This document shows positions 32,431 to 44,302 of a stretch of DNA of 64,000 nucleotides, in pieces. The DNA lies in assembly GCA_947175035.1 (NCBI GenBank), contig CAMWLG010000001.1:26982-90981 (forward strand), read 5' to 3'. The first letter of the stretch is position 1; the number at the start of each line of letters is the position of its first letter. The notes beneath the pieces were generated by a model, which was given only the letters and a program-made list of their open reading frames with translations, did no database searches and was not told the origin of the DNA. The stretch is from an uncultured Lachnospiraceae bacterium (lineage in GTDB: Bacteria; Bacillota; Clostridia; Lachnospirales; Lachnospiraceae). The translations under genes and the position numbers were made by a program.

Positions 32431-32609
32431 ATGTGATCAAGTCCTTCCTATTCCAACCGGTTTTATATCCGGTTCTCTATTTCGTTTCGGGTTGTACCAT
32501 TGGATTCTATTCTATCAAAACTGGTGTAAAATATCAATGTTGTTTGGAATTGAACAAAAATTCCCGTAACAATCCAAGCTTCAATGGAAGTTGGGTTGGC
32601 ACAAGGGAC

Positions 32610-32763
32610 GGCTGGCATAGGTATACGTTCTAGCCGCGACACGCTCCCGCTCCGTGAAAAACGTAACGGATGCTAGGCTCGACGAGCTGCTATGCAGCTC
32701 ATTACCTCGCCAAGCACCGACGTTTTTCAAGGGTCGCTTGTAGAACATATACCTATGCCAGCC
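32610..32763 (-). ncRNA. Putative structured RNA / ssDNA hairpin element, copy 1
   Basis: 23-bp outer stem (32610-32632 with 32741-32763; the single non-Watson-Crick pair is G-U on the minus strand) enclosing a 94-nt core shared with copy 2. Confidence 0.5.
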
Positions 32764-32969
32764 TGTTCCTGCGCACTTACAATATCATTAACTTAAGTTT
32801 ATTATAGTTGAAATTTGTTATTCAGCACTATGAATTATCGGTGCTTTCAAGTACAAACAGTAGTATCTTAAAGTTAATGACATTGGTATACCTAGCTAAT
32901 AACAATTTAGCCTGCAATAGCAATTTTATTATGTATGCTTTACTAACTGATACTGCTTTGCCACGATCA

Positions 32970-33123
32970 GCTGATGGATGGGTATTGTTCCTATGAAGGC
33001 CTTTGAAAAACGTCGGCGCTTAGCGAGGTAATGAGCTGCAAGGCAGCTCATCGAGCTTAGCGTCCGTTACGTTTTTCACAGAGCGGGAGCGTGCCTGAAT
33101 AGGAATAATGCTCATCCGTCAGC
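32970..33123 (+). ncRNA. Putative structured RNA / ssDNA hairpin element, copy 2
   Basis: 25-bp outer stem (32970-32994 with 33099-33123; all four non-Watson-Crick pairs are G-U on the plus strand) enclosing a core (33000-33093) that matches 85/94 nt to the reverse complement of 32640-32733. Confidence 0.5.
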
Positions 33124-33318
33124 GTGACTTGCTGCAAGTCAGAACAGCTACGACTAAAAGTATTCCTTCTTGACATTTGTGGAGCTATAAAATATAATGA
33201 AATAGTCAAGTTGTTGTTTTATGTCAAGAAAATAACTGAAAAAATAGAAATATATTTTCAATTCGACAATTAAACCACATTGTGGCATTATCTGTACAAA
33301 TCGGGGGACAAAGGGTGC

Positions 33319-34236
33319 ATGGACGGGAAAGGACAGGGGAACAACCATAAAGAAATCAGTTTTGACGAGTTTCCGTATTTGGCAGAGCGTATCACGATTG
33401 GGCAGCCCTTGAGCGGCGGCGTCCACGTGATGCGTTGGTATGAAAATTTGCGTTTTCTTTATATTTTGGAAGGCAGGGCGGAGGTACAACTGCTGGATGG
33501 AAAGGTCGGACTTACCGCTGGGCAGGGCATTTTTATCAATCAAAGCGTGGTACATTTGGTGGAGGGATTGGAGCTTTGTCAATATGATAGTTTTTCTTTT
33601 CCGGCATATTTTTTGGGATTCTATGAGAGAAGCCCCATGCAGGAGATGGCGGAGCGATTGGTGAGGAACAGACAGCTTCCGGTCTATGTGTTTGACGGGG
33701 AACAGGATTGGCATTGGCGGGTGCTGTCGGGCTTGCGCAGACTTGGCTCCCTGAAAGAGAACGCGTCCGAACTGTATCCTTATGAAGTGTCGGTGCTGTT
33801 GGTGAATATGTGGCTGGAGATGCAGAGGAATATCGAGCTTCCGCCCAAGAAACGGGAGAGTGCGGTCTATGTCCGCATGCAGAAATTTCTTTATTTCATC
33901 GGACAGCATTTCAGGGAGGACGTGACCTTGGAGGAGCTTGCCGCCAGCGCCGGCGTGAGTAAATCGGAATGTCTGCGGTGTTTTAAGCAGAGTCTGGACA
34001 CGACACCCTACAAATATCTTATGGATTATCGTCTTGCCAAGGCGACGGATTTGCTGCGGGGGACTGACAGGCAGATCAGTGAAATTGCGATTTTGACAGG
34101 ATTTGAACAGTCCAGCTACTTTGGCAAATGTTTTCGGGAGAGGTTGGGATGTACTCCTAAGGAGTATCGGAAACAATTTAGTGAAAAAACTTCAAAAACT
34201 TATAAGAAAACTGTTTCCAAGCGGACAAATATTTGA
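33319..34236 (+). CDS. AraC-family transcriptional regulator
   Basis: N-terminal cupin; C-terminal LEELAASAGVSKSECLRCFK...ISEIAILTGFEQSSYFGKCFR. Confidence 0.92.
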   Translation: MDGKGQGNNHKEISFDEFPYLAERITIGQPLSGGVHVMRWYENLRFLYILEGRAEVQLLDGKVGLTAGQGIFINQSVVHLVEGLELCQYDSFSFPAYFLGFYERSPMQEMAERLVRNRQLPVYVFDGEQDWHWRVLSGLRRLGSLKENASELYPYEVSVLLVNMWLEMQRNIELPPKKRESAVYVRMQKFLYFIGQHFREDVTLEELAASAGVSKSECLRCFKQSLDTTPYKYLMDYRLAKATDLLRGTDRQISEIAILTGFEQSSYFGKCFRERLGCTPKEYRKQFSEKTSKTYKKTVSKRTNI

Positions 34237-34303
34237 TACAATTATGAGTACATAGAAATGAGTCGGGCTGACATCAGAGCAGACGGACGGAAATGGAGGA
34301 AAT

Positions 34304-34972
34304 ATGAGATATTATTTTGAGTCAGAGATTGAGAAAAAGGACAATGGCTACATGATTCGTATTCCTTTTAATATCTGGGAGGTTTGTAAGCAGAGAGAGG
34401 TAATCAAGGCGGACGTGGTTCTGGACAACAAGATTATCGACTGCGAGTTGTTGCCCAGAGAAAAGGGCAATTATGAGATCCATATCCCTGATGCGGACGT
34501 GGTGAGCGTGGAATTGGGATCTCCTCACAAGATTTTGCTTCATGTAAACGGTTCCCTGATTCGCATGGATCAGAACAGTCCCTATAGTTTTGAGAACCCT
34601 ATCCGCAAGATTGACAGCGTGGATGTTATCATCCAGCCGGAGGACGGTTTATGTGGTCAGGCATGCGTAGCTATGCTCGCAGGAGTTACCATTGCAGAGG
34701 TGATCACGGTTATGGACTGCAGGGAGTGGCAGGCTACCATGGGACGCGTGATTTCCGCATTGAATTATTACGGTATTGATCACACAGATATCATCAACTA
34801 CACCGAGGGACGCGATGTTGTGCTGCCCAAGTGCTGTGTCATGATGGAGAAGATGGGACGTTTCTGTCACTATCTCGTGCACTATGATGGCAAGTTCTAT
34901 GATTCCAATCTGGGTGTTTTGGATGAGTACGATATGAGCAAGCTGCTTGGCTATTTGGAGATCAAGTGTTAA
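34304..34972 (+). CDS. Small beta-barrel (DUF1905-like) + peptidase C39-like domain protein
   Basis: C-terminal half has Q...CGQACVAMLAG, HYLV and YD (papain-like Cys-His-Asp). Confidence 0.55.
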   Translation: MRYYFESEIEKKDNGYMIRIPFNIWEVCKQREVIKADVVLDNKIIDCELLPREKGNYEIHIPDADVVSVELGSPHKILLHVNGSLIRMDQNSPYSFENPIRKIDSVDVIIQPEDGLCGQACVAMLAGVTIAEVITVMDCREWQATMGRVISALNYYGIDHTDIINYTEGRDVVLPKCCVMMEKMGRFCHYLVHYDGKFYDSNLGVLDEYDMSKLLGYLEIKC

Positions 34973-35000
34973 ACGCTTTTTGAAAATTGATACGCGCTAA

Positions 35001-35038
35001 AAAAGTCCGGTCGGCGGTAAAGCCTCGACCGGACTTTT
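35001..35038. terminator. Bidirectional terminator
   Basis: AAAAGTCCGGTCG...CGACCGGACTTTT. Confidence 0.85.
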
Positions 35039-35048
35039 CAGTTGCTTC

Positions 35049-35855
35049 TTATTTCGATGGAATCATCTTATCCATCTTGAGAATATGGTTGGTTAACCAT
35101 GCCAGCAGGAATTCAATTAACTCCTCCAAATAATCCGTCTGGTTCTCGTCGATTTCCTGGAGATTGAGATTTTCCAGCCGTTTTGTGAACGTGTCGTGGG
35201 CGATCCGTTGATGGGCAAGCCCGTCGTAATGAATGGATTCCATGTACTGTTCTTCATCCTTAAAATGCTTCTTTGTATATGCCTGAAGCTCATTCAGGAT
35301 ATGTACGATTTCATCATATTTATCATGCAGGAATTCCGCATGGATGGCATCATTTGTCTTTCGGATAATCTCAAAAAGCTTCGCATGCTCCTCGTCTATC
35401 AGTTTGATACCGGTCATATATTTCTCTGTAAATGTGAAGGCATCTTCCTGTCTGTCTTTCTCCGTGAACTTTCCGATCATGGTATCGCTGCCCAGAATAT
35501 GACGGTACAGCCATCTGGCCATCAGTGCCAACAGTTCACGGGTTTTGGACTCGCATTCCGAGTCGGGGATATCATCAATGTCAATGTCGTTTATCATAGC
35601 CGTGAAAGCTTCGTGTTCCTCCCGCTGCAGCGGCAATGCCGGATCATCGATTCGTTCCATATAAGCTTCCTCGTGGGCAAAATGGTTCCGGGCATAAGAT
35701 TGCAGTTTCAGCAGGAGCGTATTCAAGGAATCTTTGGATGCCCCGGAGCTCTCCAGAAATTGTGCGTTGTCATTTAAAAGCTGGAACAATTCGCGGTGCT
35801 CCTCGTCAATCTCCTTGATGCCAATCTTGCAGTCGTCAGTAAAATGATATATCAT
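35049..35855 (-). CDS. Tandem two-domain bacteriohemerythrin
   Basis: Two copies of IDEEH...HFxxEExYM...H...F...WLxxHIL. Confidence 0.88.
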   Translation of the reverse strand: MIYHFTDDCKIGIKEIDEEHRELFQLLNDNAQFLESSGASKDSLNTLLLKLQSYARNHFAHEEAYMERIDDPALPLQREEHEAFTAMINDIDIDDIPDSECESKTRELLALMARWLYRHILGSDTMIGKFTEKDRQEDAFTFTEKYMTGIKLIDEEHAKLFEIIRKTNDAIHAEFLHDKYDEIVHILNELQAYTKKHFKDEEQYMESIHYDGLAHQRIAHDTFTKRLENLNLQEIDENQTDYLEELIEFLLAWLTNHILKMDKMIPSK

Positions 35856-36117
35856 GCGGTCTCCTTTCGCCTAATGGTCTGCATGGTTTGGAGAAACTTC
35901 CTCCGGAATGAACAATGTTGTTATAACCTTATTATAAAGAATGCATGAGATAAGTGCAAGAATTTATAAACTAATTATAAAATCTTATTTTTAGTGACTG
36001 AAAGAGAAAATGAGAGAAAATAATAGTATTAGAGAGAAAACAAGAGAATAGAATATCTAAATATATCTGAATTCATTTGCAAAGCTCCGCATATAAAACT
36101 AATATATGTTTTAGTGA

Positions 36118-36144
36118 TTAGCACTCAAATCAAAAGAGTGCTAA
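36118..36144 (+). promoter_or_regulatory. CIRCE element (HrcA operator)
   Basis: TTAGCACTC-aaatcaaaa-GAGTGCTAA, an exact consensus directly upstream of groES. Confidence 0.97.
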
Positions 36145-36190
36145 CAAGTTGAAACAAGGACAATAAAAGTCAGTATAAGGAGGCAATATC

Positions 36191-36475
36191 ATGAAATTAG
36201 TACCTTTGGGTGACAGAGTGGTTTTGAGACAATTGGTGGCAGAGGAGACAACCAAGTCCGGTATCGTTCTTCCCGGACAGAATAAGGAGAAGCCCCAGCA
36301 GGCGGAGGTCATTGCGGTGGGCCCCGGCGGAATGGTGGATGGCAAAGAAGTCAAGATGGAAGTCAAAGTCGGCGATAATGTCATTTTTTCCAAGTATTCC
36401 GGAAACGAGGTCAAGGTGGAAGAGGACGAATATATCATCGTAAGGCAGAATGATATTCTGGCAATCGTTAAATAG
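36191..36475 (+). CDS. groES: Co-chaperonin GroES
   Basis: LVPLGDRVV, TKSGIVLP, VIAVGPG, FSKYSG. Confidence 0.98.
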   Translation: MKLVPLGDRVVLRQLVAEETTKSGIVLPGQNKEKPQQAEVIAVGPGGMVDGKEVKMEVKVGDNVIFSKYSGNEVKVEEDEYIIVRQNDILAIVK

Positions 36476-36501
36476 CATTTAGGACAATCATATTATTTTA
36501 A

Positions 36502-38139
<1,638 letters not shown>

Positions 38140-38175
38140 GCAGACAGTTCCAATAATTTTTCATAAAGAGACTAT

Positions 38176-38215
38176 GAGAGCATCTACCATTATGATATGG
38201 TGGGTGCTCTTTTTT
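38176..38215 (+). terminator. Terminator after groEL
   Basis: GAGAGCATCTACCAT...ATGGTGGGTGCTCT followed by a T-tract. Confidence 0.75.
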
Positions 38216-38365
38216 GATGCGCAGAGCTGATCAATCTTCCTGATTCGATTTTTCATCATTATTTCACATACTTATACTTGAATATCTTCTTTTAAACGAA
38301 TATACTAAAATAAGGATAATAAGAAAAAGTGATTTTGGAAAAGATAAAGAGATAGAAAGGAAAGC

Positions 38366-38617
38366 GTGAATAGAATGAAGATTGACAAGGAGCGACTTTA
38401 TGCCCCCATTAAATTCATACGGAAGATTTGGTTTCGGATCAAAATATATCACAGGGAATCCCAATGGCGCGCTATGACATGCAGTTCCTGCTTTACAATG
38501 TTTCCACATTCTTTTTATCTCACGCATACCCCGGAGGAGATCGAGCGCATTACGGCGGAGGAGCTGGCGGAGCTGACGGAAATGATAGAGCAGTTCAGGA
38601 AGCGGAATAACCCTTGA
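38366..38617 (+). CDS. Small hypothetical protein
   Basis: 83-aa ORF with a purine-rich upstream region; no recognised motif. Confidence 0.4.
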   Translation: MNRMKIDKERLYAPIKFIRKIWFRIKIYHRESQWRAMTCSSCFTMFPHSFYLTHTPEEIERITAEELAELTEMIEQFRKRNNP

Positions 38618-38684
38618 CAATGAAAATAGGGGGGGTATAATTGATTCGTATTTATAAAAAAACGAATGCGAAGGAGAGGGAATC

Positions 38685-39245
38685 ATGGGTTTATTTGGTT
38701 TGTTTGGCAAGAAGGAGAATGAGGATCCGTCCGTTTCACTTCCTATGACGGAGAAGGAGAAATTTGTGGTGGGCACCTATGCGCTTTGGTCGGAGTATTG
38801 CGGCGGCAGTGCTCAGTATATCGGCGGTTATGTGAAAAACCGTTCCAATGCGAGCATGGTGCGGGGCGTGCTGAACAGGGACTGGATGGTGAACAATAAA
38901 GATAGCGGTGTCGATATGGTCAACTACATATTGGATCATGCCGGCGAGGATGAGGCGGCGCAGAAGAAACTGGCCTTTGACTGTGCAAGTGCCTGCAATA
39001 TGTGCGGCAGAATGTATATTGGCGGCTATCTGACCAGAGAAGAGGCCATGGAGCTTGCCCTCAAAGCGGCAAGGGAGATTCAGAAACACTACAACTCTTG
39101 GGAGGAGTATTATCAGGCATATATCGAGGGAACGGCATCCGGTTCCAACGTGCAGGATTCCATTGCGAAGTTCCAGCCGATTCTGGAAAAAGTGAGGGGC
39201 ATGGCGGACGGGCCTTTTAGTGTAGACTGGAACACAGCGCTGTAG
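38685..39245 (+). CDS. DUF1266-like protein
   Basis: LNRDWMV...FDCASACNMCG..YIGGYLTREEA...IQKHYNSWEEYYQAYIEG. SD AAGGAG present. Confidence 0.6.
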   Translation: MGLFGLFGKKENEDPSVSLPMTEKEKFVVGTYALWSEYCGGSAQYIGGYVKNRSNASMVRGVLNRDWMVNNKDSGVDMVNYILDHAGEDEAAQKKLAFDCASACNMCGRMYIGGYLTREEAMELALKAAREIQKHYNSWEEYYQAYIEGTASGSNVQDSIAKFQPILEKVRGMADGPFSVDWNTAL

Positions 39246-39262
39246 TTGAGGTCAGGGACAAC

Positions 39263-39772
39263 ATGGAATCTGAAAATCAAAATAATATGATTGATCCGGA
39301 GAACAGTCCGCGGGGAAAAGCTGCCATGGAGAATTTTCTGGCCGGGTATAATTGTACCCAGGCGGTGACGCTTGCCTTTGCGGACTTATTTGAGATGGAT
39401 GAGAGGACATTGCTCCGCATGAGCTCTTCCTTTGGCGGGGGAATGGGGAGACTTCGGGAGGTGTGTGGTACGGTGTCCGGCATGTTTCTGGTAGCCGGGC
39501 TCCTCTACGGATACGACGACCCGAAGGCATTTGACGAGAAGGCGGAGCATTATGGGCGTATCCAGGAACTTGCAGGGCGTTTCAAAGCCTGTCAGGGCAG
39601 TATCGTATGCAGGGAACTGCTGGGGCTCTCAGGGGCGGACAGTCCCGTGCCGGAGCGACGCACACAGGAGTATTATAAAAAACGCCCCTGTGGACAGCTT
39701 GCCGGGCTTGCTGCCGCGATCTTAGAACAATTTATAGAAGAAAATCCCATAGAATCTGGGAAAACAGAGTAA
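39263..39772 (+). CDS. C-GCAxxG-C-C family putative redox protein
   Basis: NCTQAV, GGGMG...VCGTVSG, CRELL, C. Confidence 0.85.
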   Translation: MESENQNNMIDPENSPRGKAAMENFLAGYNCTQAVTLAFADLFEMDERTLLRMSSSFGGGMGRLREVCGTVSGMFLVAGLLYGYDDPKAFDEKAEHYGRIQELAGRFKACQGSIVCRELLGLSGADSPVPERRTQEYYKKRPCGQLAGLAAAILEQFIEENPIESGKTE

Positions 39773-39783
39773 AATGAGAATAA

Positions 39784-41133
<1,350 letters not shown>

Positions 41134-41162
41134 GTAACAGTTCATGAGGACTGAACTGTTAC
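41134..41162 (+). terminator. Hairpin after eno
   Basis: GTAACAGTTCA-tgaggac-TGAACTGTTAC. Confidence 0.65.
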
Positions 41163-41170
41163 TACAGTGA

Positions 41171-41228
41171 TTTTGCCGGAACTACTTGAATATAACTAAG
41201 CTGCAGAGGTTTTTGATCTTTGCAGCTT
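41171..41228 (+). repeat. Bipartite direct repeat, copy 1 (motif A + hairpin motif B)
   Basis: TTTTGCCGGAAcTACTTGAAT (41171-41191) and TAAGCTGCAGAGGTTTTTGatCTTTGCAGCTT (41197-41228); both recur at 45355-45491. Confidence 0.75.
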
Positions 41229-41433
41229 TTTCCAGTGCGATTACCGCTGTTTGCAAAGCGAGTATGACAGCATTCTCAAAGAGAAATCTGACAACGGAAC
41301 AGGGTAAAACAGAGAGAAAGAAATTTAATGTAAATTTTATTGTAAACATAAACACTTTTCTGTATAATTAAGGTGTGACAGGAGTAATCTATATTGTCTA
41401 TTGTCACAGATTTTAAGAAACCGAGGTGATAAG

Positions 41434-42309
41434 GTGTCGGACGATACAAAGCAGACACAGGAAGTCAATGTTACACGTTACATGGCAAAGCGTACCGCAA
41501 AAAACAGTGTGTTCCTTGACCTTTTTCAAAATAAAAGTTATCTGCTAAAGCTGTATAAAACGCTTCACCCGGAGGACACCACGGCGACAGAGGATTCATT
41601 GACTGATGTAACAATAGAAAACGTGCTGACCGATAATCTTTATAACGATTTGGGATTTATTGTCAACAATAAGCTGATGATTCTCGTAGAAGCACAGTCT
41701 ACATGGACAATGAATATTTTGGTAAGAGTTTTGCTATATTTGGCGCAAAGTTATCACGAATATTTTCAGCGCACCAACCAAAACTATTACAAAAGCAAGA
41801 AAGTGAAAGTGCCGAAGCCCGAACTTTATGTGATTTTTACAGGAACCAAAGGGCGAAAACCCGATAAAATATCTTTGTCACAAGAATTTTTTGAGGGTGC
41901 AGATATCGACATTGAGGTAAAAGCAAAGGTTATCTATGAAAGCGATAAGGACGACATTATCAATCAGTATATTATTTTCTGTAAAGTTTTTAATGAGCAG
42001 ACAAAACAGCATGGAATGACACAAAAGGCAGTTATGGAAACAATTCGCATATGCAGGGACAGGAATGTGTTAAGGGAATATTTAGCGCAGAGAGAAAAGG
42101 AGGTTGTGACGATTATGATGAGTTTGTTTGATGAAGAACAGATCATGAAATCATTTATCAGAAGCGAAAGGCATGATGCAGACAGGGAAACCGCAGAAAG
42201 AATGATAAGGAAAGGTAAAATGTCACTGGAAGATATTGCGGATTGTGTTCCGTCATTGTCATTTGACGAATTAAAGGAGATTGAAGCCGAGATTATGCAG
42301 ATGGCATAA
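41434..42309 (+). CDS. Rpn-family / PD-(D/E)XK nuclease (transposase_31-like)
   Basis: KNSVFLDLF, NDLGF, ILVEAQS, PKPELYVIFTG and a helical C-terminal tail. Likely GTG start at 41434. Confidence 0.8.
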   Translation: MSDDTKQTQEVNVTRYMAKRTAKNSVFLDLFQNKSYLLKLYKTLHPEDTTATEDSLTDVTIENVLTDNLYNDLGFIVNNKLMILVEAQSTWTMNILVRVLLYLAQSYHEYFQRTNQNYYKSKKVKVPKPELYVIFTGTKGRKPDKISLSQEFFEGADIDIEVKAKVIYESDKDDIINQYIIFCKVFNEQTKQHGMTQKAVMETIRICRDRNVLREYLAQREKEVVTIMMSLFDEEQIMKSFIRSERHDADRETAERMIRKGKMSLEDIADCVPSLSFDELKEIEAEIMQMA

Positions 42310-42360
42310 TTAACAAAACAATTTAATATCAAAATAACACGCACCCGCGGATGCGTTGGT

Positions 42361-42402
42361 AAAAGCGTATGGAACAGTAAAATGTAACCATGCGCTTTTT
42401 TT
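42361..42402 (+). terminator. Terminator after the Rpn gene
   Basis: AAAAGCGTATGG...CCATGCGCTTTTTTT. Confidence 0.7.
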
Positions 42403-42514
42403 GCGCCCAAAAGGAGCTTAACGGGCACGCTGCCTCGTCAATAAAAGATTGACAGGGCGGCTCGGGGGGTAAAATGAAGGTGCAAAAAATGTAAAAATAC
42501 AAAGGAGGTATTCT

Positions 42515-44134
42515 ATGAAAAGAATGTCAAAGAAGACCAGTGTGTGGCTGGTATTGGCACTTGTTGTGACGATCGTTCTGTCGAATAACAGCGTGCTGAC
42601 TGCAAAAGCAGAGAGTGTAAATGACAACGCTTACGATAAATACCACGCTGATAAATACGAAGACATGAACACGTTGAATGCGACCGTAACCGTAAAGACC
42701 AACATCCTGAAGGTGAAAGCGAACAACGCAGCACAGACGGTCAAGCCTTCCAAAGTGGTGGTGAACGGGAAAGCCCTGAAGTTGAACAAGGACTATACGG
42801 TGTCTTATCAGGTTTACACTTCCGAGTGGGAAGACATCGCGAACGTTACCAAGACGGGATTGTATAGAATTTGCGTCAATGGTATTGGAAAATACAGCGG
42901 CGTTTGCACCAAGAGAATCTACGTGTACGACCCGGTTCAGAGAATCCCCGTGTCCGCTTTCAAGATTAAGGTGAACAAAATGCGCTACACTGGCAAGCCC
43001 GTCACCTCCGGCGCGGTGAAGAGCGTGAAGTACAAGAACAACGAGCTGATCGAGGGCAGGGACTATGCCGTGACGTACTTGGATAATGGAAACAGCAACA
43101 CCGGTATCGTAAGGATCACCGGAATTTCCGATGTGGGTTATGTTGGCGAAAAAGAAGTGAAGTACCAGATCACCGGTATGGTAAAGATCAGCAGCGCGAA
43201 AGTGACTGGAATCACGGCCAAGACTTATGATGGCGGTAACGAAGTGACTCAGGATATGTCAAAGGTGAAGCTGACCTATAAGGGCGAGACGCTTGTTCAG
43301 GGTGTTGACTATATCGTACAGTCCTATACGAACAACACGAAAGTTGGCACGGCCAAAATGGTGATCGCGGGTAAGGGTAAGTATTACGGAACCGTCACCA
43401 AGACCTTCAAAATCAACAAGATCAAGCTGACCAAGGATATGCTCGACGAAAAAACGATTGCGGTGAAGCACACGGGAAAAGCGGTAAAGCCTGACGTGAT
43501 GCTTTCCAATGACGGAACCAAGCTTGTAAAAGGCGTTGACTACACGCTGGCTTACAAGAACAACGTGAAAATGTCAGACAAGGCAGTGATCACGGTAAAG
43601 GGCAAAGGCAACTACACGGGAAGCTTCAAGGTGAACTTCGTGATTACCGACAAGGACATTGTGGAACAGCCCGACGAGGACGAGAAACCCACGGACGGCT
43701 CCGGTGAAAGTGAAAAGCCCTCCGAAGGCTCCGATGAAAGTGAAAAGCCCTCCGAAGGCTTCGGTGAAGGCGAAAAGCCCTCCGAAGGCGACAGCGGGGA
43801 CGAGGCTGGAGAGTCAAAGCCCGATGACAATGGCACAGGTGACGGCGATGACGTAAAAGCTCCTAAAAAGGTTCTGCACGTGAACGGCGTGGAAGTGGAA
43901 GTTCCTGAAAAGCCGATTGCATTTAGCATTTGTAACTGTAATCAGGCAATGCCAGTTTTTGTATACGGTTTAGCTGATGAAGAATATGAAGCCTGGTATG
44001 CTCACTCAGATCAACATCTGATGAATGGTGAACCTACTAATTATACTTCTATGTCATATGAAAAGATTTTAAAGTATGGCGATATTACAGAAGACATGGC
44101 ATTCCAGCCTTTGACATTCTTCAAGCTGAAATGA
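42515..44134 (+). CDS. Secreted/surface protein with about four Ig-like repeats, an acidic linker and a Cys/His C-terminal module
   Basis: Signal peptide; repeats LKLNKDYTVSY / LIEGRDYAVTY / LVQGVDYIVQSY / LVKGVDYTLAY; ESEKPSEG repeats; CNC...H..QH tail. Confidence 0.75.
   Translation: MKRMSKKTSVWLVLALVVTIVLSNNSVLTAKAESVNDNAYDKYHADKYEDMNTLNATVTVKTNILKVKANNAAQTVKPSKVVVNGKALKLNKDYTVSYQVYTSEWEDIANVTKTGLYRICVNGIGKYSGVCTKRIYVYDPVQRIPVSAFKIKVNKMRYTGKPVTSGAVKSVKYKNNELIEGRDYAVTYLDNGNSNTGIVRITGISDVGYVGEKEVKYQITGMVKISSAKVTGITAKTYDGGNEVTQDMSKVKLTYKGETLVQGVDYIVQSYTNNTKVGTAKMVIAGKGKYYGTVTKTFKINKIKLTKDMLDEKTIAVKHTGKAVKPDVMLSNDGTKLVKGVDYTLAYKNNVKMSDKAVITVKGKGNYTGSFKVNFVITDKDIVEQPDEDEKPTDGSGESEKPSEGSDESEKPSEGFGEGEKPSEGDSGDEAGESKPDDNGTGDGDDVKAPKKVLHVNGVEVEVPEKPIAFSICNCNQAMPVFVYGLADEEYEAWYAHSDQHLMNGEPTNYTSMSYEKILKYGDITEDMAFQPLTFFKLK
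43697..43786 (+). repeat. 3 x 30-bp in-frame tandem repeat
   Basis: GGCTCCGGTGAAAGTGAAAAGCCCTCCGAA-type unit three times, encoding GSGESEKPSE. Confidence 0.9.
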
Positions 44135-44135
44135 C

Positions 44136-44175
44136 AGTAAGGGGGGTAATCAACACCCCCTTACTATTTTTCTCT
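44136..44175 (+). terminator. Terminator after the surface protein
   Basis: AGTAAGGGGG...CCCCCTTACT plus a T-tract. Confidence 0.8.
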
Positions 44176-44302
44176 TTTTTTCTTGATTCGCATACGCGAA
44201 TCAAGAACCCGGGGTCAAGCCCCCTCACCCGGTTCATTTATAAAAAATTTAGAAAGAAATGATGTTTTGCTTCCACATACATCATACAAGGAGAAAGAAA
44301 AG

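Noticed and set aside
32886-32970. GGCAAA on the minus strand suggesting a c-di-GMP-I riboswitch
   Set aside because: The GNRA tetraloop, receptor and P2 features are not present.
33262-33268. Single Spo0A box (TTCGACA) upstream of the AraC gene
   Set aside because: One 7-mer is expected by chance in 64 kb.
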